Source: a virus
Taxonomy: Duplodnaviria > Caudoviricetes
IMG/VR virus record: IMGVR_UViG_3300045747_000144
Span: 1-60,254 of that record
Length of the DNA stretch: 60,254 bases
Reading direction: 5' to 3' (one strand)
Shown: one piece after another, positions 9,548 through 19,110 of the stretch
Position numbering within the stretch: position 1 is the stretch's first letter
How the letters are laid out: each line of letters starts with the position of its first letter
Position numbers and translations under genes: made by a program
The notes under the pieces: model-generated
Seen by the model: only the letters and a program-made list of their open reading frames with translations
The model's database searches: none
Told to the model about the DNA's origin: nothing

Positions 9548-9555
9548 TATTTATA
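9548..9555 (-). promoter_or_regulatory. T4-type late promoter for the antisense HNH gene
   Basis: TATAAATA on the minus strand, just upstream of the HNH frame. Confidence 0.7.
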
Positions 9556-9562
9556 AAGGTCT

Positions 9563-11272
9563 ATGATGGAATATACACATCTTAGTGATGATGAGTTAAA
9601 AATAGTTTTTCATAAACAAAATGAGAAGGTTAAGGTGTTGGTGTGGCAAACCTTTGTGCAATATAATGCCCGAGATACAGAAGTTGTTGATAAGATGGAC
9701 GATAAGTTGAAGTTCATTGAATTGGTAATGACCATTGCTTATTTGTCAAAGTGCAATTTCAAAGACGTTTATGGTCAAGTTAAAGTATGGGATGTGTTCA
9801 TTTACAATTACCTATTGCATAAGAAGATTGCTGTTCCACAGGCAAAGGGTCATGTAGGTGGGTCTATTGAGGGTGCTTACGTTAAGGCACCATTAATGGG
9901 TATGAAAGGATGGGTTGTGTCATTCGATTATGCATCACTGTATCCTACAATCATGCGGCAATGGAATATCTCACCTGAGATGTTAATGGATAAGGTGCCT
10001 ATGGGAGTTGCCAATATGGTTGACCCCACAGATGCGGAAGAATTATTGTTTAAGTATGCAAAAGAACAAAATTGTACTATTGCAGCTAATGGTACAATGT
10101 TCAAACGGGATAGACAAGGTATTCTACCTGAAGTAGTTGAAGTTATGGTTAATGGACGAAAGTCTATTAAGAAGCATATGTTGGAAATGGAGAAGAAGTA
10201 TCAAGAGACGCATGATGAATCATTAGTTCCTAAGATTGCTGCAGCCAACGGAAAACAACTTGCCTATAAAATTATGGCTAATGCATTGTACGGTGCTGCC
10301 GGTAATGCAGGGTTTAGGTATTATGATTTGAGAATCGCTGAGGCAATTACATTAACAGGTCAAGCATGCGATAAGATGGTTGAGAAGCATGTTAATGTGT
10401 TTATGAATAAGGTTCTCAAAACAGAAGGTAAAGATTATGTATTATACATGGATACTGACTCTTGTTACCTAGATTGCTCTGGTGTGGTTGATTCAGTTTG
10501 TCCAGATAAGACAGATGAAGAAAAGATGAAATTCCTCATTAAGTTCTCTGAGGAGGTGCAGAATAGGCCTATTAAAGGTGCAGATGATATTATGTTTGAT
10601 AGATGCAACTGTTTCCAGATGCATATGAATATGAAGCATGAGGGTATATTCTCTAGGGGATTCTGGACAAGTAAGAAACGATATGCATTGAAAATGATGT
10701 ATTCTGAGGGTGTCACTTATGATCCTCCCAAGATTAAAGTTATGGGATTGGATATCGTCAAGAGTTCTACCCCACAGGTTGTTCGTAAAATGTTGAAAGA
10801 GACACTGCCTGTTATGTTTGATTCTGATGAGGTTACATTGCGTGCTTATGTTACAAAGTGTAGAGAAAAGTATTTCACATTGACACCAGAAGATATTGCA
10901 TTCCCAAGGGGAGTTAATAACCTAATTAAGTACACAGACAAACAATCTGGTAATTATATCAAGGGTACACCAATGCATGTTAGGTCTGCTATTCTATACA
11001 ATAGGCACACAAAACCAATTCGTGAACAGTATCAAGAGATTGGTCATGGGGATAAGATTAAGTTCATTGCATTAATGGTGCCCAATCCAATTCGAGAGGA
11101 TGTTATTGGGTTTCTCAGTTCAGGTAAGTTTCCTAGGGAATTGAATCTAGAGAAATATGTGGATAAAGATATGATGTGGGAAAAATCATTCTTAGTTCCT
11201 TTGCGTGGAATTACTGATGCAATTGGGTGGCAAGTGGAAGAGAAATCGTCATTGGAGTCGTTCTTTGGATAA
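9563..11272 (+). CDS. 43: DNA polymerase B gp43, C-terminal part (ExoIII plus polymerase domain)
   Basis: YNARD (ExoIII), SFDYASLYPTI, KIMANALYG, YMDTDS, KKRYAL, clamp-binding SLESFFG; own SD AAGGT. Confidence 0.95.
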   Translation: MMEYTHLSDDELKIVFHKQNEKVKVLVWQTFVQYNARDTEVVDKMDDKLKFIELVMTIAYLSKCNFKDVYGQVKVWDVFIYNYLLHKKIAVPQAKGHVGGSIEGAYVKAPLMGMKGWVVSFDYASLYPTIMRQWNISPEMLMDKVPMGVANMVDPTDAEELLFKYAKEQNCTIAANGTMFKRDRQGILPEVVEVMVNGRKSIKKHMLEMEKKYQETHDESLVPKIAAANGKQLAYKIMANALYGAAGNAGFRYYDLRIAEAITLTGQACDKMVEKHVNVFMNKVLKTEGKDYVLYMDTDSCYLDCSGVVDSVCPDKTDEEKMKFLIKFSEEVQNRPIKGADDIMFDRCNCFQMHMNMKHEGIFSRGFWTSKKRYALKMMYSEGVTYDPPKIKVMGLDIVKSSTPQVVRKMLKETLPVMFDSDEVTLRAYVTKCREKYFTLTPEDIAFPRGVNNLIKYTDKQSGNYIKGTPMHVRSAILYNRHTKPIREQYQEIGHGDKIKFIALMVPNPIREDVIGFLSSGKFPRELNLEKYVDKDMMWEKSFLVPLRGITDAIGWQVEEKSSLESFFG

Positions 11273-11282
11273 GGTAATATCA

Positions 11283-11645
11283 ATGAGTTACCTACTCTCT
11301 TTAATGGAGAGGCGTAATGGTAAGACATCTGAACTGATTGACACATTAGTTTCACTATTGTATAATGAATCTAATGCTAGATATGCTGTGGTTGTTCCCA
11401 CAAGGGTAGTCGCAGAGATGATAATGGGTGTGGTTTATACTGATGCATTGGTATTAGGTGCAACTTTAACTCATTATACCAATAAGGTATTTAGGTCGAA
11501 AAACGGCATTGAAATTCGGTTCTATTTGGATACGGAGCTAGATTGCCTAAGAGGAATAACCTTTAATGACATATTCTTTGATGACCCAATAAGTTTTATT
11601 AAACCAGAGGTTATGCGCAATTTAATACATAGGATTAAACAATGA
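11283..11645 (+). CDS. Small P-loop/terminase-ATPase-like protein
   Basis: RRNGKTS ... VVVPT ... LRG...IFFDD. Confidence 0.5.
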   Translation: MSYLLSLMERRNGKTSELIDTLVSLLYNESNARYAVVVPTRVVAEMIMGVVYTDALVLGATLTHYTNKVFRSKNGIEIRFYLDTELDCLRGITFNDIFFDDPISFIKPEVMRNLIHRIKQ

Positions 11646-12127
11646 AGATATTTTTAGACGTGGACGGAGTATTCGCAGACTTCAATAAGAGATTAAGCGA
11701 GATACTAACTATAGGTGATAACAGGCATTCAACAAAGATATGGTCACCCATATCAAGAGAATATAGGTTCTTTTGGCATCTTGAACTTATACCAGATTCT
11801 CTCAGGTTGATACATGTATTGGAAAAGGCAGGGCATGACCTGGAATTCTTAACTGCATTGCCATTACCTTCAGGTGGGTTAGTAACTGCAGATGAAGATA
11901 AACGTGAATGGTTAAATTATCATGTTTCTAAAACAATCCCAGTCAACACTATAATCGGTGGCAAGAACAAACCATTATGGTTAAAGAAACACCCAGGGGC
12001 TGTCCTTATTGATGACACCCATCGTAATATTGAACTGTGGAATGCTGCTGGGGGCGTGGGTATACTGCATGAGCAAGGCAATGTTGACGGTACATTGTCA
12101 TACTTAACGGCACTCAGGATTATTTGA
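11642..12127 (+). CDS. HAD-family 5'(3')-deoxyribonucleotidase
   Basis: IFLDVDGVFADF, FLTA, K..W, LIDD...NI..W..AGG.GILH. Confidence 0.85.
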   Translation: MKIFLDVDGVFADFNKRLSEILTIGDNRHSTKIWSPISREYRFFWHLELIPDSLRLIHVLEKAGHDLEFLTALPLPSGGLVTADEDKREWLNYHVSKTIPVNTIIGGKNKPLWLKKHPGAVLIDDTHRNIELWNAAGGVGILHEQGNVDGTLSYLTALRII

Positions 12128-12152
12128 TCATAAATAAACAGTTGTGTATAAT
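12124..12152 (+). promoter_or_regulatory. Overlapping sigma70-like and late promoters
   Basis: TTGATC-17 bp-TATAAT containing CATAAATA (12129-12136). Confidence 0.5.
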
Positions 12153-12212
12153 TGAACAATGATGCACAATAAACCATGGATTTCCCCATGGTAAATCAAT
12201 CAAAGGAATCAA

Positions 12213-12563
12213 ATGGCAACGAGAAAAGTAACTATTCCCAATTGGACACAATTCGGAGTCATGGTAGCTGGAGTAACACTATTCCGGTTTGATGATGAAG
12301 AAAAAACATCCTATCAAGCAGCATTCACTCTTTTCCTAGATGACGGAGAAGAGGTAGATGAAGAAAAGCAAAGAGTAATCACCATTATCACAGAATTAAT
12401 ATCTGATGATAAGATTGAACTCGCCACAATCGCATTCCAACATGCAAGTGATCTATTCACACAAGTAACCTCAACGGTACCCATTATTGATGAAGATGGT
12501 AAAATCTTCGACTCAATTGATCTAAATGACCTAGAACAGGTCAAACCCATTTCCATTCACTAA
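12213..12563 (+). CDS. Acidic hypothetical protein
   Basis: AAGGA SD; 116 aa. Confidence 0.7.
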   Translation: MATRKVTIPNWTQFGVMVAGVTLFRFDDEEKTSYQAAFTLFLDDGEEVDEEKQRVITIITELISDDKIELATIAFQHASDLFTQVTSTVPIIDEDGKIFDSIDLNDLEQVKPISIH

Positions 12564-12573
12564 GGGAGAAATA

Positions 12574-13617
12574 ATGTCACTATTAGACAAACTAAAGGCC
12601 TCAGGCTCTATTAAATCAGCAACGATATTGTCAGAATCAGTATTGTTCAATGAAAAGGAATTAACACCAGTTGATATTCCTATTCTGAATGTAGCATATT
12701 CAGGTAAGTTAAATGGTGGTATAGCACCTGGGTTAACTGTTGTGGCGGGCCCCAGTAAACATTTTAAATCAAATATTGGATTGGTTTCGGTCAAATCATA
12801 TCTAAACGCACATAAGGATGCAATCTGTTTATTCTATGATTCTGAGTTTGGTATTACACCAGAATACATTGCAGCGCACGGTATTGATGCAGATAGGGTA
12901 TTACATATACCAGTAGAACACGTAGAGCAATTAAAATTTGATATTGCAAAGAGATTAGAATCTATTGTTCGTGGTGATAAGGTATTCATTTTCCTAGATT
13001 CATTAGGTAATCTTGCTTCAAAGAAAGAAGTTGAAGATGCTTTAGATGAGAAGTCAGTCGCCGATATGACCCGTGCTAAGCAAATAAAATCACTTTTTCG
13101 GATTGTAACACCACATCTGACAACTAAAGATATTCCAATGTGTGTTGTCAATCATACTTATGAAGAAACAGGTATGTTCCCTAAACAGATTGTATCTGGT
13201 GGAACAGGGGTATACTATTCTGCATCAACTATTTGGATTGTGGGTAGGTCACAAGAGAAAACTGCAGACGGTATCGTGGGATGGAATTTTAATATCAACA
13301 TTGAGAAGTCTCGGTTTGTCAAAGAAAAGTCAAAACTTACATTCCAGGTTACTTATAATGGTGGTATTAACAAATGGTCTGGACTATTGGATTTAGGTAT
13401 TGACTTAGGATTTGTAGTTAAACCCTCGAATGGTTGGTACGCACATAAGGATTCTGATAAGAAATACCGTTTGGATGCCACCAATAGTAAAGAGTTCTGG
13501 ATGCCTATTTTGACTAATGTGGAGTTCCAAGAGGCAGTTGCAGATAAGTATCAACTGGGTTATAGGACATTACTTAACACAGATTTTGATGAGACGGAAG
13601 ATGTTATCGCTGAATAA
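12574..13617 (+). CDS. uvsX: UvsX RecA-like recombinase
   Basis: AGPSKHFKS Walker A, LFYDSEFG, DSLGNLASKKE, DMTRAKQIKSLFR. Confidence 0.96.
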   Translation: MSLLDKLKASGSIKSATILSESVLFNEKELTPVDIPILNVAYSGKLNGGIAPGLTVVAGPSKHFKSNIGLVSVKSYLNAHKDAICLFYDSEFGITPEYIAAHGIDADRVLHIPVEHVEQLKFDIAKRLESIVRGDKVFIFLDSLGNLASKKEVEDALDEKSVADMTRAKQIKSLFRIVTPHLTTKDIPMCVVNHTYEETGMFPKQIVSGGTGVYYSASTIWIVGRSQEKTADGIVGWNFNINIEKSRFVKEKSKLTFQVTYNGGINKWSGLLDLGIDLGFVVKPSNGWYAHKDSDKKYRLDATNSKEFWMPILTNVEFQEAVADKYQLGYRTLLNTDFDETEDVIAE

Positions 13618-13861
13618 GTTATCATTAAGGTGGGCAAAATTCAAATTTGCCCTCAAATTTGCTTATCAACAATTCATCTGGGCATATACGGATGATGTTG
13701 AAAAGGTTAAGGATTTCCTTGACAATCACAAGTTTGAACCTACAATGGAACAGCAGTTTATGCACTGTTGGAGAGTAGATACAGACTATGTTATCTCTTT
13801 ACAAAGAGAACTAATGGCCAAAGAGGGCTTAAACTTAAACGATTATAAGGTGACAAAATGA
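13601..13861 (+). CDS. Hypothetical protein
   Basis: ORF overlapping the uvsX end. Confidence 0.55.
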   Translation: MLSLNKLSLRWAKFKFALKFAYQQFIWAYTDDVEKVKDFLDNHKFEPTMEQQFMHCWRVDTDYVISLQRELMAKEGLNLNDYKVTK

Positions 13862-14214
13862 TCAATAATGAACCAGTAGGATTCTTCAAACAACCCCTAA
13901 AAGAGGGTGACCATGTGGTTATGATGTTAAGATCGGGTCAATCCCATTATCTTAGGGACTGTCATATTCACTCAATAACCTATAACATCACACAGAAAAG
14001 ACTCTGGGATTCAGTCAATCAGAAGTATATGAAGACGAAGACGGGTCAGGACTATTATGTGGATCACAAGTATCCTGTAGTTAAAATTTCGTATGATAAG
14101 GAGTTTAAATCTTTTAAATACGATGAAATAGAGAAAAAGGGGAGTTTCGTTAGTTTAGGAATAAAAAAAAGAATTTCGAGGGTCTATAATTGGGAATCTT
14201 CGATAACTATCTAG
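13858..14214 (+). CDS. Hypothetical protein
   Basis: ATGA-coupled ORF. Confidence 0.6.
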   Translation: MINNEPVGFFKQPLKEGDHVVMMLRSGQSHYLRDCHIHSITYNITQKRLWDSVNQKYMKTKTGQDYYVDHKYPVVKISYDKEFKSFKYDEIEKKGSFVSLGIKKRISRVYNWESSITI

Positions 14215-14223
14215 GAGTTTATT

Positions 14224-14517
14224 ATGGAAAAGGTTAAGTCAACAGGAAAAGTAATCAATGATGTTCATTATGTGTTGGAATGCACAGAGAAACCATTCGA
14301 GGGAATACAGTTTTACTATGAAGGAATGAAGTTTGCTGATGAAGAAAACCCAGATGGTTCTATTATGATGAAGTTTGAGTATACTTTAGTAGAAAGTGGC
14401 AGAGAAAAGATTTCTGTAAAAGAATTTGAACAATATATCGGAGATGCCTTAATATCAATACTTGATGATCAAATGAAGTCAAACGAATTGGTATACAAAG
14501 GAGGATCAGTTGAATGA
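14224..14517 (+). CDS. Conserved T4-like hypothetical protein (gp40 position, between uvsX and 41)
   Basis: Synteny; AGGAG SD. Confidence 0.5.
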   Translation: MEKVKSTGKVINDVHYVLECTEKPFEGIQFYYEGMKFADEENPDGSIMMKFEYTLVESGREKISVKEFEQYIGDALISILDDQMKSNELVYKGGSVE

Positions 14518-14773
14518 CATAAAAGAAGCATTAGAATTGATGGTTGAGGACATCAAGAGGAACAATATGGTAGTAGTTAAGACAAGGGGAGGCACCCCAG
14601 CTATCATATTCACAAGGGAATCAGGTGGTGAGAATCCCTTACTTGGTGCATACTACACTGGAATAGAGTGGATACCAGTTAAATGGACAATAGAAGGTAA
14701 GTTCCCAAGTGTCAATGAAAGCGCACCCCAATCAGGTCTTGATATAGACATAGTCACAAAAAAGGAAGCATAA
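14510..14773 (+). CDS. Hypothetical protein
   Basis: GGAGG SD with TTG start. Confidence 0.6.
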   Translation: MNDIKEALELMVEDIKRNNMVVVKTRGGTPAIIFTRESGGENPLLGAYYTGIEWIPVKWTIEGKFPSVNESAPQSGLDIDIVTKKEA

Positions 14774-14774
14774 A

Positions 14775-16169
14775 GTGTCAGATCGTATAGAAGAAGTCAT
14801 CCTAGAAAACTTATTAACTAATGATGAATATGCAAGAAAAACAGTACCATTCATAGATGAGACATACTTTCAAGACAAAATAGACAAGACAGTATTCAGT
14901 TGCATCAAACAGTTCTACGACCAGTATAATGCAGCCCCAACAAAGGCAGCGCTTAAATTAGCAATAGACGACTCAAAGTCATTAAGACAACAAGAGTATG
15001 AATTAGCGAATACTTTAGTAGACAAACTGGGTCAGTCGGATAAGAATACACAATGGTTATATGACGCAACAGAGAACTTTTGCAAGGACAAAGCAGTCTA
15101 TAACGCTATTATGACATCAATAGGGATACTAGACGGAGGCAATACCAAGTATGACAAGGGAGCAATACCATCAATCCTGAGTGAAGCATTAGCGATATCC
15201 TTTGACAAGACAATAGGACATGATTACTTTGAAGAGTCCGCCCGTAGATATGATTATTATCATTTAAAGGAAGACAGGGTCGCGTTTGACCTAGAGCTGT
15301 TTAACAAGATTACTAAGGGAGGTATTCCGAAGAAGACCTTGAATATAGTGTTAGCAGGCACGAATGTAGGTAAGTCCTTATTCCTGTGCCATCATGCAGC
15401 ATCAGTACTAAAGCAAGGGAAGAACGCTCTCTATATTACGATGGAGATGGCAGAAGAAAGAATAGCAGAGAGGATCGACTGTAACTTACTCGATATTACG
15501 GTCAACGACCTGTATAAGACAGGCAAGAAGGAGTTCACGAGTAAGTTCGAAGATTTGAAAGCAAAGACCCAGGGTAAGTTAGTGGTAAAGGAGTATCCGA
15601 CATCTAGTGCATCAGTGCAGCATTTTAAGTCACTATTGGATGAGTTGAAGTTAAAGAAGAATTTTGTACCAGACATCATTTACGTGGATTATATCAATAT
15701 CTGTTGTTCAGCAAGATTGAAGGGAGATTCTAACTCATACTTCCTAATTAAAGCAATAGCAGAAGAGTTAAGGGGTATGGCAGTGGAGTACGATGTGCCA
15801 GTATTCAGTGCAACTCAAACTACCAGAGGTGGTTTCGATAATACGGATGTCTCATTAACGGATACGTCTGAAAGTTTCGGATTACCAGCAACAGCAGATT
15901 TTATGTTCGCTATGATGCGTACAGAAGAATTAGATAAGATGGGGCAACTTATAGTGAAGCAGTTGAAGTCACGGTATAATGACGTAAACTATTATAAGAG
16001 ATTTGTTATAGGGATAGACATTCAGAAGTTCAAACTGTATGATGTAGAACAGTCAGCACAGGATGACATAGTGGATAAGGGCAAGACGGATGACGATATA
16101 CCACTATTTGATAAGAGCAAGTTTGGCAATAAGCAAAGAGGAGACTTCCAACAGTTGGATTTTACATAG
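14775..16169 (+). CDS. 41: Replicative DnaB-like helicase gp41
   Basis: LAGTNVGKSLFLCH, ITMEMAEERIAERID, VKEYPT, VDYINIC, SATQTTR, SESFGLPATAD, KQLKSRY. Confidence 0.97.
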   Translation: MSDRIEEVILENLLTNDEYARKTVPFIDETYFQDKIDKTVFSCIKQFYDQYNAAPTKAALKLAIDDSKSLRQQEYELANTLVDKLGQSDKNTQWLYDATENFCKDKAVYNAIMTSIGILDGGNTKYDKGAIPSILSEALAISFDKTIGHDYFEESARRYDYYHLKEDRVAFDLELFNKITKGGIPKKTLNIVLAGTNVGKSLFLCHHAASVLKQGKNALYITMEMAEERIAERIDCNLLDITVNDLYKTGKKEFTSKFEDLKAKTQGKLVVKEYPTSSASVQHFKSLLDELKLKKNFVPDIIYVDYINICCSARLKGDSNSYFLIKAIAEELRGMAVEYDVPVFSATQTTRGGFDNTDVSLTDTSESFGLPATADFMFAMMRTEELDKMGQLIVKQLKSRYNDVNYYKRFVIGIDIQKFKLYDVEQSAQDDIVDKGKTDDDIPLFDKSKFGNKQRGDFQQLDFT

Positions 16170-16170
16170 T

Positions 16171-16356
16171 ATGAAAGATACACTATTACTCATATCAGAA
16201 ACAGTAGGGGATATTGAAGTGGCTATACTTAAAGGTGTATTACGTGAAGCATCAGAGTATATAGGAGAACTAGAAGGGGAAGTGCAGCGCTTGCAAGCAA
16301 TGTTTGCTAGTGTACAATGTGTGCTGTATGAAGGTGTCGAACCAGTGCGTGGGTAG
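16171..16356 (+). CDS. Hypothetical protein
   Basis: MKDTLLLISE...; directly follows gp41. Confidence 0.45.
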   Translation: MKDTLLLISETVGDIEVAILKGVLREASEYIGELEGEVQRLQAMFASVQCVLYEGVEPVRG

Positions 16357-16635
16357 TGCTGCATGTTGCTGATGGTGTCCCTGTGTCATGACTCAGCAAA
16401 TTTCCCACAGAGAAAATTCACGGTTTTTTGACAGTTTAAAATCAACTACATAGGAGACCGAATTTCACGTTATAAGCGCCCGTTGCTACCTATGTACACC
16501 AGATGATTTCTTAGTCTGCAAGTACTTGCCTTATTTTTCTAGACTATAGTGCCTGCTAGTTGTGTTCCCCAGAGTGCTTGACATCATAGTGCCTATGGTG
16601 CATAATCATTACATGGAATCAAAGAAAAGGCACAT

Positions 16636-16992
16636 ATGAAGACGCTGTCAAGCACCCCAGTCGTTGATGAGTATTTGGATAATGCTGATACAGTATCCAT
16701 ACTAGGTAAGTATGAAGTGAAAGTTAAGACTTATAGTAAGAGTAGCAGTTCGGGTACATGGGCAACCGGATTTAAATTCAGTGACAATACTTATGGGTAT
16801 CTGGTACGGACATTGAGGGGTACTAATTATTATAAACCCTCACGGTATAGCGCTGATCATGGTGTTACTTGGTATGATACATTAATGGAAGCAACTAAAC
16901 AGCGTGGTGGTAAGGTGAATATTAGTTCCATTAAGTCTAAAGAGTTCGCATATGATGCTATTCAGAAGATTAACAGTGAGTATGCATACTAG
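16636..16992 (+). CDS. Early hypothetical protein
   Basis: Follows promoter cassette and SD. Confidence 0.75.
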   Translation: MKTLSSTPVVDEYLDNADTVSILGKYEVKVKTYSKSSSSGTWATGFKFSDNTYGYLVRTLRGTNYYKPSRYSADHGVTWYDTLMEATKQRGGKVNISSIKSKEFAYDAIQKINSEYAY

Positions 16993-17106
16993 TGATGAAA
17001 GATTGTCGTCGCCTGGTGTGTCTGAATGACAAAGTCAGGATTTGACATCAAAGTGCCGATGGTGCATAATCAATCATAGACTCAAAAATCATCAATAGGA
17101 TCAATC

Positions 17107-17991
17107 ATGTTTAAAGTAGAATTCAACAAGACCCTGGGCAAGTGGGATGGCATCGTTAATGGCAAGGTTGTGTCCCGTGCCTCCAGTAAGGACCGTGTTG
17201 TCTCTACATTACAAAGTAAGTATGGTATGCCTCAGAATGGTATGAGCAATAATCAAGTGCAAGCAGTGTTTGAGGCACCAAAGTGTGAGTTCTCGGTTGA
17301 GGAAAGATTCGATTTCATTCAGGATTTTGTTAAGATGGTGGCTAAGAAATCCATTACATCATTGATTCTGACAGGTGACGGTGGCATTGGCAAGACATAT
17401 ACAGTTATCAATACCCTGAAGAAATTGGGCATGATTGAAGAAGAGATTGGTGATTACGCTCCGGATGCAGATTTTGTTACTATTAAGGGTTTCAGTACCG
17501 CTAAAGCATTATATCGTACATTGTGGGAAAACAATGGTAAGATCATTATATTTGATGATGCAGATTCAGTACACAAAGACCCAATTGGTGCTAATATCCT
17601 GAAAGGTGCATTGGATTCGGATCCTAAACGTGTTATCAGTTGGGGTGCAGATTTCAGTGATAAGGAAGAGTTACCCAATAAGTTTGAGTTCACAGGCCGT
17701 GTTATTTTCATTAGTAACCTCCCATTATCAAAGTTTCCCCAGCCCTTGTTATCTCGTGCTATGAAGGTTGATTTGACTCTTAATGCAGATGAAAAGGTTG
17801 ACCGTATTGCTCATGTATTCAAGGAAGATAATAACAACAAAGAAGAGAAAGCAGAAGTGTTGTCATTTATTAAGAAGAACCTGGATAAGATCACTGATTT
17901 GAATATCCGTTCAGCATTCAGTATCCTTAAACTCAAAATGACAATGGGTGACAAGTGGGAACGAATCAGTTTGTACACAGCCATGGCATGA
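17107..17991 (+). CDS. AAA+/P-loop ATPase
   Basis: Walker A GDGGIGKT, Walker B IIIFDDAD, VIFISN, SR finger. Confidence 0.85.
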   Translation: MFKVEFNKTLGKWDGIVNGKVVSRASSKDRVVSTLQSKYGMPQNGMSNNQVQAVFEAPKCEFSVEERFDFIQDFVKMVAKKSITSLILTGDGGIGKTYTVINTLKKLGMIEEEIGDYAPDADFVTIKGFSTAKALYRTLWENNGKIIIFDDADSVHKDPIGANILKGALDSDPKRVISWGADFSDKEELPNKFEFTGRVIFISNLPLSKFPQPLLSRAMKVDLTLNADEKVDRIAHVFKEDNNNKEEKAEVLSFIKKNLDKITDLNIRSAFSILKLKMTMGDKWERISLYTAMA

Positions 17992-18046
17992 GGTTGACAT
18001 CAAAGTGTGGATCCTCAATAATTGTTTAACAAGTTAGGAACACATC

Positions 18047-18244
18047 ATGCAAATTTTCACAAACACCCCAGTCCAAACGACCTTCCGCTTTGCAGATGAT
18101 TTCACAGTGATGCAATTGTTGGGGTGTGGCATCATCCTCATTCATTCTGATTTTGCATTGCTTGCAGCAAAGAATTTGGGATGCAAGGTCCGTACATTGT
18201 GTGGTAAGCGTTTTGGTTTGTCAGTGTTCACGAAGGCAGTATGA
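18047..18244 (+). CDS. Early hypothetical protein
   Basis: Follows promoter cassette. Confidence 0.55.
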   Translation: MQIFTNTPVQTTFRFADDFTVMQLLGCGIILIHSDFALLAAKNLGCKVRTLCGKRFGLSVFTKAV

Positions 18245-18441
18245 TGTTTACAGTTATCCGTGTGTACAGCAAGACAGAAGACGACAAAGTGTGCGTGGTG
18301 TCAGGCAACGCGTTGCTCCGTACATACTTCAATATGAGTGAGTTTGTGGTGGCAGACATCATGCAGCTCACTGGCACTGATGTGGTCATTGGGTCATCTT
18401 TGTCAAAGACACAGTTCAACCGTACGTACAAACGTGCTTGA
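18241..18441 (+). CDS. Early hypothetical protein
   Basis: ATGA-coupled; stop lies within the next -35 box. Confidence 0.6.
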   Translation: MMFTVIRVYSKTEDDKVCVVSGNALLRTYFNMSEFVVADIMQLTGTDVVIGSSLSKTQFNRTYKRA

Positions 18442-18502
18442 CATCAAAGTCCCTATAGTGCATAATCAATCATAGACTCAAAAATCATCAAAAGGAATCA
18501 AA

Positions 18503-18769
18503 ATGGCTAAAGCAACAACTCTTCAGGTTCGTAGTATCATGCGTGAATCGTTGGGACGCAACGCGACAATCTATACTAATAAGACAACAGGTGACACTTC
18601 TCGCAATCGCCGTGTCAAAGCATATTACAATGGTGATAAGAAATTGGTTAAGAAGTTGCAGAAACTTGCAGGTAAAGATAATGTTTATATCCTGGGTGAG
18701 GGTGTAAAGAATTGTTATGGTCGCTTAATCGAGGCCAGTTTGATTGTGAAGTGTAAGTTGGCTAAGTAG
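18503..18769 (+). CDS. Early basic hypothetical protein
   Basis: Follows promoter cassette and SD. Confidence 0.7.
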   Translation: MAKATTLQVRSIMRESLGRNATIYTNKTTGDTSRNRRVKAYYNGDKKLVKKLQKLAGKDNVYILGEGVKNCYGRLIEASLIVKCKLAK

Positions 18770-18832
18770 GTTGCGAAGCTTGACCTCAAAGTCCCTATAG
18801 TGCATAATCAATCATAGACAATCAACAAAGGA

Positions 18833-19060
18833 ATGAAAATGGATAAGGCTCAAGTGTTTTTGGTTCTCGGTGATAATGGTGGAGGCAACAGTGGCAATTC
18901 AGTGTTCGGTGTGTATCCCACACAAGAGCTTGCAGAGGCACGCGTGGCTAAGCTGGAAGCATTGTATAAAGCAGGTGAAGACGGGTGTGAGTGCATGTGG
19001 GTGGATATGGTCTCAGTGGGTGCAGAAGGTGCTGATTGTCGCATCCCAGTAGAAGGTTGA
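18833..19060 (+). CDS. Early hypothetical protein
   Basis: Follows promoter cassette; stop lies within the next -35 box. Confidence 0.7.
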   Translation: MKMDKAQVFLVLGDNGGGNSGNSVFGVYPTQELAEARVAKLEALYKAGEDGCECMWVDMVSVGAEGADCRIPVEG

Positions 19061-19110
19061 CATTAAAGTCCCCATCCTCAATAATTGATCATCAAATAAG
19101 GAAATCAATC

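Noticed and set aside
8677-9643. Group I intron or intein interrupting gp43
   Set aside because: The gap is filled by an antisense ORF with no room for a ribozyme core. The tails lack Cys1, TxxH and HN motifs, and part B has its own SD and ATG.
16357-16577. tRNA or structured ncRNA in the long intergenic gap
   Set aside because: No cloverleaf, T-loop or convincing stems by eye; a covariance search would be needed.
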